From: Escherichia phage CJY920
Reading direction: 5' to 3' (one strand)
Sequence record: PQ349265.1
DNA length: 64,000 bases
The notes beneath the pieces are model-generated. The model searched no databases and was not told the DNA's origin. It saw only the letters and a program-made list of their open reading frames with translations. Positions 30,278-41,134 of the stretch are shown piece by piece; positions within the stretch are counted from its first letter, which is position 1; every line of letters begins with the position of its first letter. Position numbers and translations under genes: made by a program.

Positions 30278-31116
30278 TTCAATTCGTAATTCCAAGCTAT
30301 CAACGAGTAGGGGCAGTTTCTGCCCTTGATATGTTTCCGACTGATTATGAACCTCATATTGTAGTACGTGAACACGAAGAAAAAGCTTATTATGACGCTT
30401 ATGGGTCTAAAGCTAAAATTATAACTATTTCTGATGATGTCAATGGAATTGCTGGAACTCGTAAAGCAATTACTGATATGTATGCAGGTCAACGAATTTG
30501 GATGATCGATGATGATACTACTATTCGTATGAGTTCAATACGAAAGAGAGACGATAAACGGCGCGTAGATAAAGTCAATCAATTGACTCGTGAGCAATTC
30601 TATGAATTAATTCAATACGTTGAGGATGCCATGGATTGCGGGTATTATCATGGCCATGCTCGTCTACCAATTTTTAAAATTACTTCATCTTGGGGTAATT
30701 ATCGTGAAAATTCATATGGATTCACGAATACATGGTATGACCTTGGAAAACTTACGACAGAACAAATTGGGTATGGAAAAATTGATTTATGCGAAGATAT
30801 GTATGCATTTCTCAATTTAATTAATCAAGGTTATCCGCATTTGGCCTTGTTCAAATATCTAGTTGTATCTGGAAAATCACACGCTCCCGGTGGATGTAGT
30901 TCAATTCGTAGTAATTCTAAACATAATAGAGCGCTTGAGCAAATCAATAGAGAGTTTCCAGAGCAAGCTCGTTGGAAAACATCGAATATTGAAAAACGAA
31001 AATCGTTGGGTGAAGAAGATGAACCACTAAAGGTTCTTCGCATGTGTGTTTCGCGTAAAGAAAAATCAGAAGCATTTCATAAGTTTAATGCTATTCATCC
31101 AATAGCAGTTGATTAA
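30274..31116 (+). CDS. glycosyltransferase (GT-A-like, DxD), candidate DNA glucosyltransferase, not T4-type beta-gt
   Basis: 280 aa, WMIDDD DxD-like motif; occupies beta-gt locus between 42 and segA/uvsX but does not resemble T4 beta-gt (351 aa). Confidence 0.55.
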   Translation: MIQFVIPSYQRVGAVSALDMFPTDYEPHIVVREHEEKAYYDAYGSKAKIITISDDVNGIAGTRKAITDMYAGQRIWMIDDDTTIRMSSIRKRDDKRRVDKVNQLTREQFYELIQYVEDAMDCGYYHGHARLPIFKITSSWGNYRENSYGFTNTWYDLGKLTTEQIGYGKIDLCEDMYAFLNLINQGYPHLALFKYLVVSGKSHAPGGCSSIRSNSKHNRALEQINREFPEQARWKTSNIEKRKSLGEEDEPLKVLRMCVSRKEKSEAFHKFNAIHPIAVD

Positions 31117-31120
31117 TGAC

Positions 31121-31786
31121 ATGAAAAGACACAAAGAAAAGAAATATAATTATACTTATGTTATAACTAATTTAGTTAATAATAAAATTTACTACGGAAC
31201 TCATTCAACCGATGACTTAAATGATGGTTATCTGGGGTCAGGAACTTTATTAGCACAAGCCAAGAAAAAGTATGGTAAGAAAAATTTTAATTTAAGCATT
31301 CTTGGGTTTTATAAAGATTTTAAATCAGCCCGTGATGCTGAAAGAGAATTAGTAACAATAGATGTGGTAAATGATCCTATGACCTATAATTTAAAAATTG
31401 GCGGAGAGGGTGGTAGAAGAATTGGTTATAGAGTTTCATCAGAAACCAAAGAAAAAATTTCAAAAGCTCAAAAAGGAAAACCAAAACATCTTGGATTTAG
31501 TGATGTTTGCCGGAAAGCCCAGCTAGGCAAAAAGCAGTCAGAAGAAACTAAAGCAAAACGAAAAGAAGCTTTGCTTAATAATCCATATGGTTATAATAGA
31601 AATAAACCATCACATAAACGTGACCCAATAATGTGGGATAACATTGAAAAGATTAAAGAAATATGGGAAAACTCTGGAAAACCCGGTGCTATTAAGCTTA
31701 AAAAATTAGCAATTGAAGCTGGATTTCCAAATAAATCTTATGCAAGAATGCTCGAAGTATTTCGTGGAACAAGAACACTACTATAA
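31121..31786 (+). CDS. segA: Seg-type GIY-YIG homing endonuclease (SegA-like by position)
   Basis: 221 aa; YTYVITNLVNNKIYYGTHS GIY-YIG motif; NUMOD-like ETKEKISKAQKGKPK; located just upstream of uvsX. Confidence 0.7.
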   Translation: MKRHKEKKYNYTYVITNLVNNKIYYGTHSTDDLNDGYLGSGTLLAQAKKKYGKKNFNLSILGFYKDFKSARDAERELVTIDVVNDPMTYNLKIGGEGGRRIGYRVSSETKEKISKAQKGKPKHLGFSDVCRKAQLGKKQSEETKAKRKEALLNNPYGYNRNKPSHKRDPIMWDNIEKIKEIWENSGKPGAIKLKKLAIEAGFPNKSYARMLEVFRGTRTLL

Positions 31787-31794
31787 GGTATTAT

Positions 31795-32970
31795 ATGTCT
31801 GATTTAAAATCTCGTTTGATTAAAGCTTCTACTTCTAAATTGACTGCAGAATTAACAGCATCTAAATTCTTTAATGAAAAAGATGTAGTTCGAACAAAAA
31901 TTCCTATGATGAATATTGCACTTTCTGGTGAAATTACTGGTGGTATGCAATCTGGTCTGTTAATTTTGGCAGGTCCATCAAAATCATTTAAATCAAACTT
32001 TGGATTAACAATGGTGTCATCTTACATGCGTCAATATCCTGATGCAGTATGTTTGTTTTATGATAGTGAATTTGGTATTACTCCTGCTTATTTGCGGTCT
32101 ATGGGAGTCGATCCAGAACGAGTAATTCATACTCCGGTTCAATCACTTGAGCAATTACGTATTGACATGGTTAATCAATTGGATGCAATTGAACGCGGCG
32201 AAAAGGTAGTCGTTTTTATCGATTCACTTGGTAACTTAGCTTCTAAGAAAGAAACTGAAGATGCTTTAAATGAAAAAGTTGTTAGTGATATGACTAGAGC
32301 TAAAACAATGAAAAGCTTATTTCGTATCGTAACTCCCTATTTTAGTACTAAAAATATTCCATGTATTGCTATTAACCATACATACGAAACACAAGAAATG
32401 TTTAGTAAAACCGTTATGGGAGGCGGGACTGGACCGATGTATTCGGCTGATACGGTATTCATTATCGGTAAGCGCCAGATTAAAGATGGTTCTGATCTTC
32501 AGGGGTATCAATTTGTTCTAAATGTAGAAAAATCTCGTACCGTCAAAGAAAAAAGTAAATTCTTTATTGATGTTAAATTTGACGGTGGCATCGATCCTTA
32601 TTCTGGATTGTTAGATATGGCTCTTGAATTAGGATTTGTAGTAAAACCTAAAAACGGTTGGTATGCTCGTGAATTTCTTGACGAAGAAACCGGCGAGATG
32701 ATTCGCGAAGAAAAATCTTGGCGTGCAAAAGATACCAATTGCACTACATTCTGGGGTCCTTTATTTAAGCATCAACCATTCCGAGATGCTATTAAACGTG
32801 CTTATCAGTTAGGTGCTATTGATAGTAATGAAATTGTTGAAGCTGAAGTTGATGAATTGATTAACTCAAAGGTTGAAAAATTTAAATCTCCAGAAAGTAA
32901 AAGTAAATCAGCAGCTGATTTAGAAACTGACCTAGATCAGTTAAGTGATATGGAAGAATTTAATGAATAA
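31795..32970 (+). CDS. uvsX: recombinase UvsX (RecA-like)
   Basis: 391 aa; Walker A GPSKSFKS. Confidence 0.9.
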   Translation: MSDLKSRLIKASTSKLTAELTASKFFNEKDVVRTKIPMMNIALSGEITGGMQSGLLILAGPSKSFKSNFGLTMVSSYMRQYPDAVCLFYDSEFGITPAYLRSMGVDPERVIHTPVQSLEQLRIDMVNQLDAIERGEKVVVFIDSLGNLASKKETEDALNEKVVSDMTRAKTMKSLFRIVTPYFSTKNIPCIAINHTYETQEMFSKTVMGGGTGPMYSADTVFIIGKRQIKDGSDLQGYQFVLNVEKSRTVKEKSKFFIDVKFDGGIDPYSGLLDMALELGFVVKPKNGWYAREFLDEETGEMIREEKSWRAKDTNCTTFWGPLFKHQPFRDAIKRAYQLGAIDSNEIVEAEVDELINSKVEKFKSPESKSKSAADLETDLDQLSDMEEFNE

Positions 32971-33307
32971 AGATGATTTAGATTTAGATCTAGAAATTAT
33001 CGATGAATCCCCCTCTTCGGAGGGGGAAGAAGAAAGAAAAGAACGTCTTTTTAATGAATCTCTTAAGATAATTAAATCTGCCATGGAAAATGTTATCCAG
33101 GAGATTGTCATTAAACTAGAAGATGGTTCTACACATATAGTGTATGTAACTAAACTGGATTGGGTTGATGGAAAGGTTGTAATGGACTTTGCTGTTCTTG
33201 ACCAAGAAAGAAAAGCTGAGTTAGCTCCTCATGTAGAAAAATGTATTACAATGCAACTACAAGATGCATTTAATAAAAGGTCAAAGAAAAAATTTAAATT
33301 CTTTTAA
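32963..33307 (+). CDS. 40: gp40-like protein (start uncertain)
   Basis: ORF between uvsX and 41; acidic N-terminus; contains UUCG hairpin inside coding sequence. Confidence 0.5.
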   Translation: MNKDDLDLDLEIIDESPSSEGEEERKERLFNESLKIIKSAMENVIQEIVIKLEDGSTHIVYVTKLDWVDGKVVMDFAVLDQERKAELAPHVEKCITMQLQDAFNKRSKKKFKFF

Positions 33308-33316
33308 GGAGTAAGT

Positions 33317-34744
33317 GTGGTAGAAATTATTCTTTCTCATCTCATATTTGATCAAGCTTATTTTTCAAAAGTTTGGCCATATATGGATTCAGAATATTTT
33401 GAAAGTGGTCCAGCTAAAAATACATTCAAATTAATTAAATCTCATGTTAATGAGTACCATAGCGTTCCATCTATTAATGCGTTAAATGTTGCATTAGAAA
33501 ATAGTTCATTTACTGAAACAGAATATTCTGGTGTAAAAACACTTATTTCAAAACTAACCGATTCTCCGGAAGACCACAGCTGGTTAGTAAAAGAAACAGA
33601 AAAATATGTTCAGCAAAGGGCGATGTTTAACGCCACATCTAAAATAATTGAAATTCAAACCAATGCTGAGCTTCCTCCAGAAAAACGAAATAAGAAAATG
33701 CCGGATGTAGGTGCTATTCCTGACATTATGCGCCAAGCATTATCAATTTCATTTGATAGCTACGTTGGCCATGATTGGATGGATGACTATGAAGCACGTT
33801 GGCTATCTTATATGAATAAAGCTCGTAAGGTTCCATTTAAACTCAAAATTCTAAATAAAATTACTAAAGGCGGAGCTGAAACTGGAACACTGAATGTTTT
33901 AATGGCTGGTGTTAACGTCGGTAAGTCATTAGGTCTGTGTTCATTGGCAGCAGATTATTTGCAGCTCGGACATAATGTTCTTTACATTTCCATGGAAATG
34001 GCAGAAGAAGTCTGTGCTAAACGTATTGATGCTAATATGCTTGACGTTTCTCTTGATGACATTGATGATGGGCATATTTCTTACGCTGAGTATAAAGGAA
34101 AAATGGAAAAATGGCGTGAGAAATCTACTCTTGGCCGTTTAATCGTTAAACAGTATCCTACTGGTGGAGCAGACGCTAATACATTTCGATCGCTTTTAAA
34201 CGAATTAAAGCTCAAGAAGAATTTTGTTCCAACAATCATTATTGTCGACTATCTAGGTATTTGTAAATCTTGTCGCATCAGAGTTTACTCAGAAAATAGT
34301 TACACAACTGTTAAAGCTATCGCAGAGGAATTGCGTGCTCTTGCTGTTGAAACCGAAACTGTTCTTTGGACTGCAGCACAGGTTGGTAAGCAAGCTTGGG
34401 ATTCTTCTGATGTTAACATGAGCGATATTGCAGAATCTGCCGGTCTTCCAGCAACAGCCGATTTTATGCTTGCGGTCATTGAAACTGAGGAGTTAGCAGC
34501 TGCTGAACAACAACTTATTAAGCAAATCAAATCACGATATGGTGATAAGAATAAATGGAATAAGTTTTTGATGGGTGTTCAAAAAGGAAATCAGAAATGG
34601 GTAGAAATTGAACAAGATTCTACTCCAACTGAAGTTAACGAAGTAGCAGGTTCGCAACAGATACAAGCTGAGCAGAATCGCTATCAAAGAAATGAATCTA
34701 CTCGAGCCCAGTTAGATGCTTTAGCAAATGAATTAAAATTTTAG
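33317..34744 (+). CDS. 41: replicative DNA helicase gp41 (DnaB-like)
   Basis: 475 aa MVEIILSHLIFDQAYFSKVWPYM...; Walker A GVNVGKS; GTG start. Confidence 0.9.
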   Translation: MVEIILSHLIFDQAYFSKVWPYMDSEYFESGPAKNTFKLIKSHVNEYHSVPSINALNVALENSSFTETEYSGVKTLISKLTDSPEDHSWLVKETEKYVQQRAMFNATSKIIEIQTNAELPPEKRNKKMPDVGAIPDIMRQALSISFDSYVGHDWMDDYEARWLSYMNKARKVPFKLKILNKITKGGAETGTLNVLMAGVNVGKSLGLCSLAADYLQLGHNVLYISMEMAEEVCAKRIDANMLDVSLDDIDDGHISYAEYKGKMEKWREKSTLGRLIVKQYPTGGADANTFRSLLNELKLKKNFVPTIIIVDYLGICKSCRIRVYSENSYTTVKAIAEELRALAVETETVLWTAAQVGKQAWDSSDVNMSDIAESAGLPATADFMLAVIETEELAAAEQQLIKQIKSRYGDKNKWNKFLMGVQKGNQKWVEIEQDSTPTEVNEVAGSQQIQAEQNRYQRNESTRAQLDALANELKF

Positions 34745-34773
34745 TTTACAAGCTGACAGGACTATGGTATAGT
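34744..34773 (+). promoter_or_regulatory. early sigma70-type promoter
   Basis: GTTTAC -35, TATAGT -10. Confidence 0.5.
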
Positions 34774-34802
34774 AGTCTTGTTGGTTAAATGAGGAGATTG
34801 TT

Positions 34803-34985
34803 ATGGAATTGGTAAAGGTAGTTTTTATGGGGTGGTTTAAGAATGAAAGCATGTTTACTAAAGAAATCACAATGATGAAAGACGACGTTCAATGGGCTAC
34901 TACTCAATATGCTGAAGTTAATAAAGCATTAGTTAAAGCTTTCATTGATGACAAGAAAGTATGCGAAGTGGATTGCCGAGGATAA
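34803..34985 (+). CDS. hypothetical protein (60 aa)
   Basis: ATG after GAGGAG. Confidence 0.45.
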   Translation: MELVKVVFMGWFKNESMFTKEITMMKDDVQWATTQYAEVNKALVKAFIDDKKVCEVDCRG

Positions 34986-34986
34986 T

Positions 34987-35229
34987 ATGCATATTGTTTT
35001 ATTTAAACCTACTCCGTATAATGTCAGGAAAAATACTCAATTCAAAGCACTTATTGCAGATACGTGGGAATTGGTGTTAGATATTCCAGCAGAAGAAAGT
35101 CCTCCATTTGGTCGAGTGGAATTTATTAAGTTTGCTGTGCGCCCTACGAAGCGACAGATTCGCCAATGCAAAAGATACTTTCGTAAAATAGTCAAGTTAG
35201 AGAAACAGTTATTGATGCTAGTAAAATAG
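34987..35229 (+). CDS. hypothetical protein (80 aa)
   Basis: track ORF trimmed to ATG after upstream stop. Confidence 0.45.
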   Translation: MHIVLFKPTPYNVRKNTQFKALIADTWELVLDIPAEESPPFGRVEFIKFAVRPTKRQIRQCKRYFRKIVKLEKQLLMLVK

Positions 35230-35231
35230 TA

Positions 35232-35261
35232 GTTTACAAGCTGATAGAGTTGTGTTATAGT
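35232..35261 (+). promoter_or_regulatory. early sigma70-type promoter
   Basis: GTTTAC -35, TATAGT -10. Confidence 0.5.
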
Positions 35262-35292
35262 AATTCTATCAGCTAATCGCGGAGAAAAGAAA

Positions 35293-35547
35293 ATGATGCT
35301 AGTTAATAGAGAATATCAGTTTAAATCAGAAGAAGATTTGGAAAAATTCGCAAGTGGTTGTGAACTGAATAGACGCACAGCTAAAGTCATAGGATTAAAA
35401 CCCTTTACAGTTCTAGATTGTGAAGTTTCTAAATTCCGCAGAGGGTGTTCTATTAGCGGTCATGCTCTGGTTGATGGGAACACATTTTTCTTTGTTTTTA
35501 GCGTCAGAGAACTTTTATTGATTAACGAACTTGAGGAAATAAAATAG
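35293..35547 (+). CDS. hypothetical protein (84 aa)
   Basis: ATG after GGAGAA. Confidence 0.5.
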   Translation: MMLVNREYQFKSEEDLEKFASGCELNRRTAKVIGLKPFTVLDCEVSKFRRGCSISGHALVDGNTFFFVFSVRELLLINELEEIK

Positions 35548-35578
35548 TTTACTTTTGTTAGAAATTGAGATACTATAT
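35547..35578 (+). promoter_or_regulatory. early sigma70-type promoter
   Basis: GTTTAC -35, TACTAT -10. Confidence 0.45.
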
Positions 35579-35604
35579 AAACATAAACTACTGAGGAGAT
35601 TATC

Positions 35605-35898
35605 ATGAAAAAATTTGTTTTTGCTGCAATTTTTGCTTTAGCTTCTTGCGCTGCTCAGCCTGCTATGGCAGGTTATGATAAAGATTTGTGCGAATGGTCT
35701 ATGACTGCAGATCAGACTGAGGTTGAAACTCAGATTGAAGCAGATATTATGAATATCGTTGAGCGTGATCGCCCTGAAATGAAAGCTGAAGTACAAAAAC
35801 AGCTTAAGTCTGGTGGTGTAATGCAGTATAATTATGTTCTGTATTGCGATAAAAACTTCAATAATAAAAATATCATCGCTGAAGTGGTAGGTGAATAA
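35605..35898 (+). CDS. putative lipoprotein/secreted protein (97 aa)
   Basis: signal peptide with ALASCAAQ lipobox-like. Confidence 0.55.
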   Translation: MKKFVFAAIFALASCAAQPAMAGYDKDLCEWSMTADQTEVETQIEADIMNIVERDRPEMKAEVQKQLKSGGVMQYNYVLYCDKNFNNKNIIAEVVGE

Positions 35899-36524
35899 TG
35901 CTTTATCAAATGCACAAGTGCAAAGACACGTACAAATATAAAGGTGCCCAGTGTTATATCATTAATCGTGAAAACGCAGGTCCAGGTCATTCGCATCAAT
36001 CAAGATTTGTATTTGTTAAAAATAATGAAATTATAGCAGTTGCTAATTACGTGCTTGTGACTAGTGATGTTAATCCGGTGCCTTTTACATATTATAATCT
36101 AATGGACTTGGCGTACGATTATAATTGGTTTAATCGTGACACTTTGGCTCATATCGAAGGCGTAGGATTTGACATCTCTTACTCTAGTTACTCGTTGTGT
36201 CCTATGAGCCGAGCTCATAAAGAGCCTGAATATTTTTCATTTCGGCGGCGCGTAGACTTTAAACGCAGCACAGAGTATATTGGTGGAATCTTTGTTAAAG
36301 ATAATCGAATTACTCGCATTATTTATCCTTTGGGTTGTGGTCAAAAAGATATTGATGTTGATTTAGACTTTACTGAAAACATCATTAATCATATTGCTTC
36401 TGTGTATTTTGATATTGATCACAAAATTGTAATATGCGGATATGAATTACCATCGGAAAAACAGTTTAAAGTAAAAGTTTCTATTGATGACCAAATTTTT
36501 AATGCTTTTATGAATAGAGGTTAA
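35898..36524 (+). CDS. hypothetical protein (208 aa)
   Basis: track ORF, ATGA overlap. Confidence 0.6.
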   Translation: MLYQMHKCKDTYKYKGAQCYIINRENAGPGHSHQSRFVFVKNNEIIAVANYVLVTSDVNPVPFTYYNLMDLAYDYNWFNRDTLAHIEGVGFDISYSSYSLCPMSRAHKEPEYFSFRRRVDFKRSTEYIGGIFVKDNRITRIIYPLGCGQKDIDVDLDFTENIINHIASVYFDIDHKIVICGYELPSEKQFKVKVSIDDQIFNAFMNRG

Positions 36525-36525
36525 T

Positions 36526-36690
36526 ATGAAAACATATAAAGAATTTATTAAAGAAGATATGGTAGCTGGAGATTCAGGTGGTAATCCTGAAAATATCTCT
36601 ACTGGAACAACGTCAGGCGCTGTAGTAAATAAAGGTCCTGAACAGATTCCTAAAAAGAAAAAAGAGGAATCTAAAGAAAAAGAAGAGTAA
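36526..36690 (+). CDS. hypothetical protein (54 aa)
   Basis: short ORF below track threshold. Confidence 0.35.
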   Translation: MKTYKEFIKEDMVAGDSGGNPENISTGTTSGAVVNKGPEQIPKKKKEESKEKEE

Positions 36691-36692
36691 AA

Positions 36693-37721
36693 ATGTCATC
36701 AATACCTTGGATTGATAATGAGTTTGCATATCGTGCGCTAGCTCATTTACCTAAATTCGCACAAGTAAATAATAGTTCAACTTTTAAATTACGGTTTAGA
36801 TGTCCTGTTTGTGGAGATTCAAAAACCGACCAAAATAAAGCCCGTGGATGGTATTATGGTGATAATAATGAAGGAAATATTCATTGTTATAACTGTAACT
36901 ATCATGCACCAATCGGAATATATTTAAAGGAGTTTGAACCTGATTTATATCGTGAGTATATCTTTGAAATAAGAAAAGAAAAAGGTAAAAGTCGTCCAGT
37001 AGAAAAACCTAAAGAACTTCCTAAACAACCCGAGAAGAAAATAATTAAATCTCTTCCGTCATGCATTAGATTAGATAAACTGACGGAAGACCATCCAATT
37101 ATAAAATACGTAAAAGCTCGTTGTATTCCAAAGGATAAATGGAAATATCTTTGGTTTACAACCGAATGGCCTAAATTAGTTAATAGTATAGCACCAGGAA
37201 CATATAAAAAGGAAATACCTGAGCCTCGTCTTGTTATTCCAATTTATAATGCTAATGGAAAAGCTGAGTCTTTTCAAGGACGTGCATTAAAGAAAGATGC
37301 TCCTCAAAAATATATCACCATCAAAGCTTATCCTGAGGCAACAAAAATCTATGGAGTCGAACGGGTTAAAGATGGCGATGTATATGTTCTAGAAGGACCT
37401 ATAGATTCACTTTTTATTGAAAATGGTATAGCTATTACAGGTGGTCAATTAGACCTAGAAATTGTTCCATTTAAAGATAGACGCGTGTGGGTTTTAGATA
37501 ATGAACCTCGTCACCCTGACACTATTAAACGAATGACTAAATTAGTTGATGCAGGAGAAAGGGTTATGTTTTGGGACAAATCTCCCTGGAAATCAAAAGA
37601 TGTCAATGATATGATTAGAAAGGAAGGTGCAACCCCTGAACAAATTATGGAATATATGAAAAATAATATTGCCCAAGGGCTGATGGCTAAAATGCGGCTA
37701 TCTAAATATGCTAAGATTTAA
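36693..37721 (+). CDS. 61: DNA primase gp61
   Basis: 342 aa; zinc ribbon CPVCGDS...CYNCNYH; Toprim region. Confidence 0.9.
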   Translation: MSSIPWIDNEFAYRALAHLPKFAQVNNSSTFKLRFRCPVCGDSKTDQNKARGWYYGDNNEGNIHCYNCNYHAPIGIYLKEFEPDLYREYIFEIRKEKGKSRPVEKPKELPKQPEKKIIKSLPSCIRLDKLTEDHPIIKYVKARCIPKDKWKYLWFTTEWPKLVNSIAPGTYKKEIPEPRLVIPIYNANGKAESFQGRALKKDAPQKYITIKAYPEATKIYGVERVKDGDVYVLEGPIDSLFIENGIAITGGQLDLEIVPFKDRRVWVLDNEPRHPDTIKRMTKLVDAGERVMFWDKSPWKSKDVNDMIRKEGATPEQIMEYMKNNIAQGLMAKMRLSKYAKI

Positions 37722-37918
37722 ATTAACCCAACCAAAGCAAATGTTAAATCTACGAATGTATCAAGAGTAATTACTGGAATACTAACGCCATGAGCAATAG
37801 CAACTGGCGATAAAACAAAATTCCAAAGTAAAATTCCTATCATAGCAGAAATAGTAAAAGCTATACGTTTTTTATTACCTTTGATGGCATTAACAAGTGC
37901 CATTAATTTTTGTACCAT
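37718..37918 (-). CDS. small hydrophobic membrane protein, antisense to flanking genes (66 aa)
   Basis: minus-strand ATG at 37916-37918 preceded by GAGGAGGA SD (6-nt spacer); two hydrophobic segments; stop overlaps gene 61 stop convergently. Confidence 0.45.
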   Translation of the reverse strand: MVQKLMALVNAIKGNKKRIAFTISAMIGILLWNFVLSPVAIAHGVSIPVITLDTFVDLTFALVGLI

Positions 37919-37967
37919 GCGTCGTCCTCCTCTAAATTAAATATTTATCGCAAATTTTACAAAATTT

Positions 37968-37997
37968 GTTTACTTTCTCAGCTTGCTGTGGTATTAT
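37968..37997 (+). promoter_or_regulatory. early sigma70-type promoter
   Basis: GTTTAC -35, TGTGGTATTAT extended -10. Confidence 0.55.
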
Positions 37998-38022
37998 AAA
38001 ATAAACTGCTGAGGATAATATA

Positions 38023-39362
<1,340 letters not shown>

Positions 39363-39423
39363 TTGCTTTATATTTAAATGATACAATTAATCTACTAATC
39401 CATGAATTGAAAGGAAAAATAAC

Positions 39424-39939
39424 ATGCCACATTTCAACGAATGTAGTCATCTGATCGAAGGCGCTGATAAAGCTCAAAATGAATACTGGGATATTCTCGG
39501 TGATGAAAAAGACCCGCTGCAGGTTATGCTTGATATGCAGAAATCTTTACAGGTTCGTTTAGCAAATGACCGCGAATACTGCTATCATCCAGATAAATTA
39601 GAAACTGCCGGTGATGTTGTTTCTTGGATGCGTGAACAAAAAGACTGCATTGACGATGAATTCCGCGAACTTCTGACTTCTCTTGGTGAAATGTCACGTG
39701 GTGAAAAAGATGCATCGGCAGTTTGGAAAAAATGGAAAGCACGTTATATTGAAGCGCAAGAAAAACGCATTGATGAAATGTCCCCAGAAGATCAGCTCGA
39801 AATTAAATTTGAGCTTGTGGATATATTTCATTTCGTATTAAATATGTTTGCTGGCCTTGGAATGAATGCGGAAGAAATCTTTAAACTTTATTATCTGAAA
39901 AACAAACATAATTTTGAACGTCAAGATAATGGATATTAA
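39424..39939 (+). CDS. 56: dCTPase/dUTPase gp56
   Basis: 171 aa, MazG-like pyrophosphatase; synteny. Confidence 0.85.
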   Translation: MPHFNECSHLIEGADKAQNEYWDILGDEKDPLQVMLDMQKSLQVRLANDREYCYHPDKLETAGDVVSWMREQKDCIDDEFRELLTSLGEMSRGEKDASAVWKKWKARYIEAQEKRIDEMSPEDQLEIKFELVDIFHFVLNMFAGLGMNAEEIFKLYYLKNKHNFERQDNGY

Positions 39940-40765
39940 TTTCAAATCTGCTCTTAAAGAAAAGTTCCCGCAATGGGAACTTTTAGATGAGTACTTAAAA
40001 ATTATAGATAAGTATAAGTTAAACACTCACATTAAATCTAAAACAGAAGCCCATCATATACTTCCTAAATGCGCATTTCCTGAGTATAGTGATTTTAAAA
40101 TATATCCTTGGAATAGAGTATATCTCCCAATATATCAACACATATATGTTCACTATCTCTTATGTTCAACTGGAAGATTTGGATTGCTGAATGCATTCCA
40201 GAGAATGACCTCAGTAAATAGCTCGCAATTTAAGAAGCTTTCTGACTTAGAGAAAGACTTTACTATTAAGTTATGGGCTGATAAACGTGAGCAATGGATA
40301 AACCAAGATACTCTTCGCAAAAGAAAATCTTTCATGTATTCCAACTTTGATTTTTGGTATAATGACTGGATTTCAAGGGATATGCCTCGTTACCGAAGAT
40401 ATTGGGGAATTTTAGTTGAAGAAAATAATCCAGAAATTTTAGGTACTCACAAAAATTGCCTAATAGCTGTAGTAAAAGATTTTTGCATAAGGTATTCAAA
40501 GGAAAATAATTTATCTATAGAAGAAGTTTTAAATATTCAAAAATTAAAACAATCATCCGAAAAAGCTTTAAAAGCTAAAGGAAAAACTTTAAGCAAAACT
40601 GCACGCAGAAATCAACTTAAATGGAATTATGAAAAAGAGCTTAGAGAATTATGGATTAATAACAACAAACCTAAATATGTCAATTTTAGAAAGTTAGCAG
40701 TTAGTCTAGGTTATCCCGATGAAAACTATATAAATATGATAAAGAGGTTTGAAAATGGTTTATAA
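39929..40765 (+). CDS. Mob-type HNH homing endonuclease
   Basis: EAHHILPKCAF...N.V.L...H..H motif; C-terminal LW..NKPKYVNFRKLAVSLGYPDENY tail shared with other Mob/Seg ORFs; ATG overlaps end of gene 56. Confidence 0.75.
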   Translation: MDINFKSALKEKFPQWELLDEYLKIIDKYKLNTHIKSKTEAHHILPKCAFPEYSDFKIYPWNRVYLPIYQHIYVHYLLCSTGRFGLLNAFQRMTSVNSSQFKKLSDLEKDFTIKLWADKREQWINQDTLRKRKSFMYSNFDFWYNDWISRDMPRYRRYWGILVEENNPEILGTHKNCLIAVVKDFCIRYSKENNLSIEEVLNIQKLKQSSEKALKAKGKTLSKTARRNQLKWNYEKELRELWINNNKPKYVNFRKLAVSLGYPDENYINMIKRFENGL

Positions 40766-40768
40766 ATA
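40761..40768 (+). promoter_or_regulatory. late promoter (TATAAATA)
   Basis: exact TATAAATA about 30 nt upstream of soc ATG; overlaps HNH stop. Confidence 0.55.
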
Positions 40769-40799
40769 CACTTGTAATTAAACAATAAAGGAGTTTATT

Positions 40800-41036
40800 A
40801 TGGGTGGTTTCGTTAACATCAAGACCTTTACTCATCCAGCGGGTGAAGGCAAAGAAGTTAAAGGTATGGAAGTTTCTGTTCCATTTGAAATCTATTCTAA
40901 CGAGCATCGTATTGCAGATTCTCATTATCAGACCTTTCCTTCTGAAAAGGCGGCATATTCTACTGTAGTTTCTGATGCAGCTGACTGGAAAACTAAGAAT
41001 GCTGCAATGTTTACGCCTACACAAATAGGTGGTTAA
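40800..41036 (+). CDS. soc: small outer capsid protein Soc
   Basis: 78 aa ...VNIKTF...HYQTFPSEKAAYSTV...; matches remembered T4 Soc. Confidence 0.8.
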   Translation: MGGFVNIKTFTHPAGEGKEVKGMEVSVPFEIYSNEHRIADSHYQTFPSEKAAYSTVVSDAADWKTKNAAMFTPTQIGG

Positions 41037-41043
41037 TAATTCA

Positions 41044-41069
41044 AGGACTCCCGAAGGAGTCCTTTTTTC
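41044..41069 (+). terminator. intrinsic terminator hairpin plus T-run
   Basis: aggactcc-cgaa-ggagtcct followed by tttttt. Confidence 0.65.
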
Positions 41070-41078
41070 ATTTTACTG

Positions 41079-41108
41079 GTTTACTTTCCAAAATGAGTAT
41101 GGTATAAT
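41079..41108 (+). promoter_or_regulatory. early sigma70-type promoter
   Basis: GTTTAC -35, TATAAT -10. Confidence 0.5.
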
Positions 41109-41134
41109 AGAATTATCTTATAGAGGAGAGCGCT

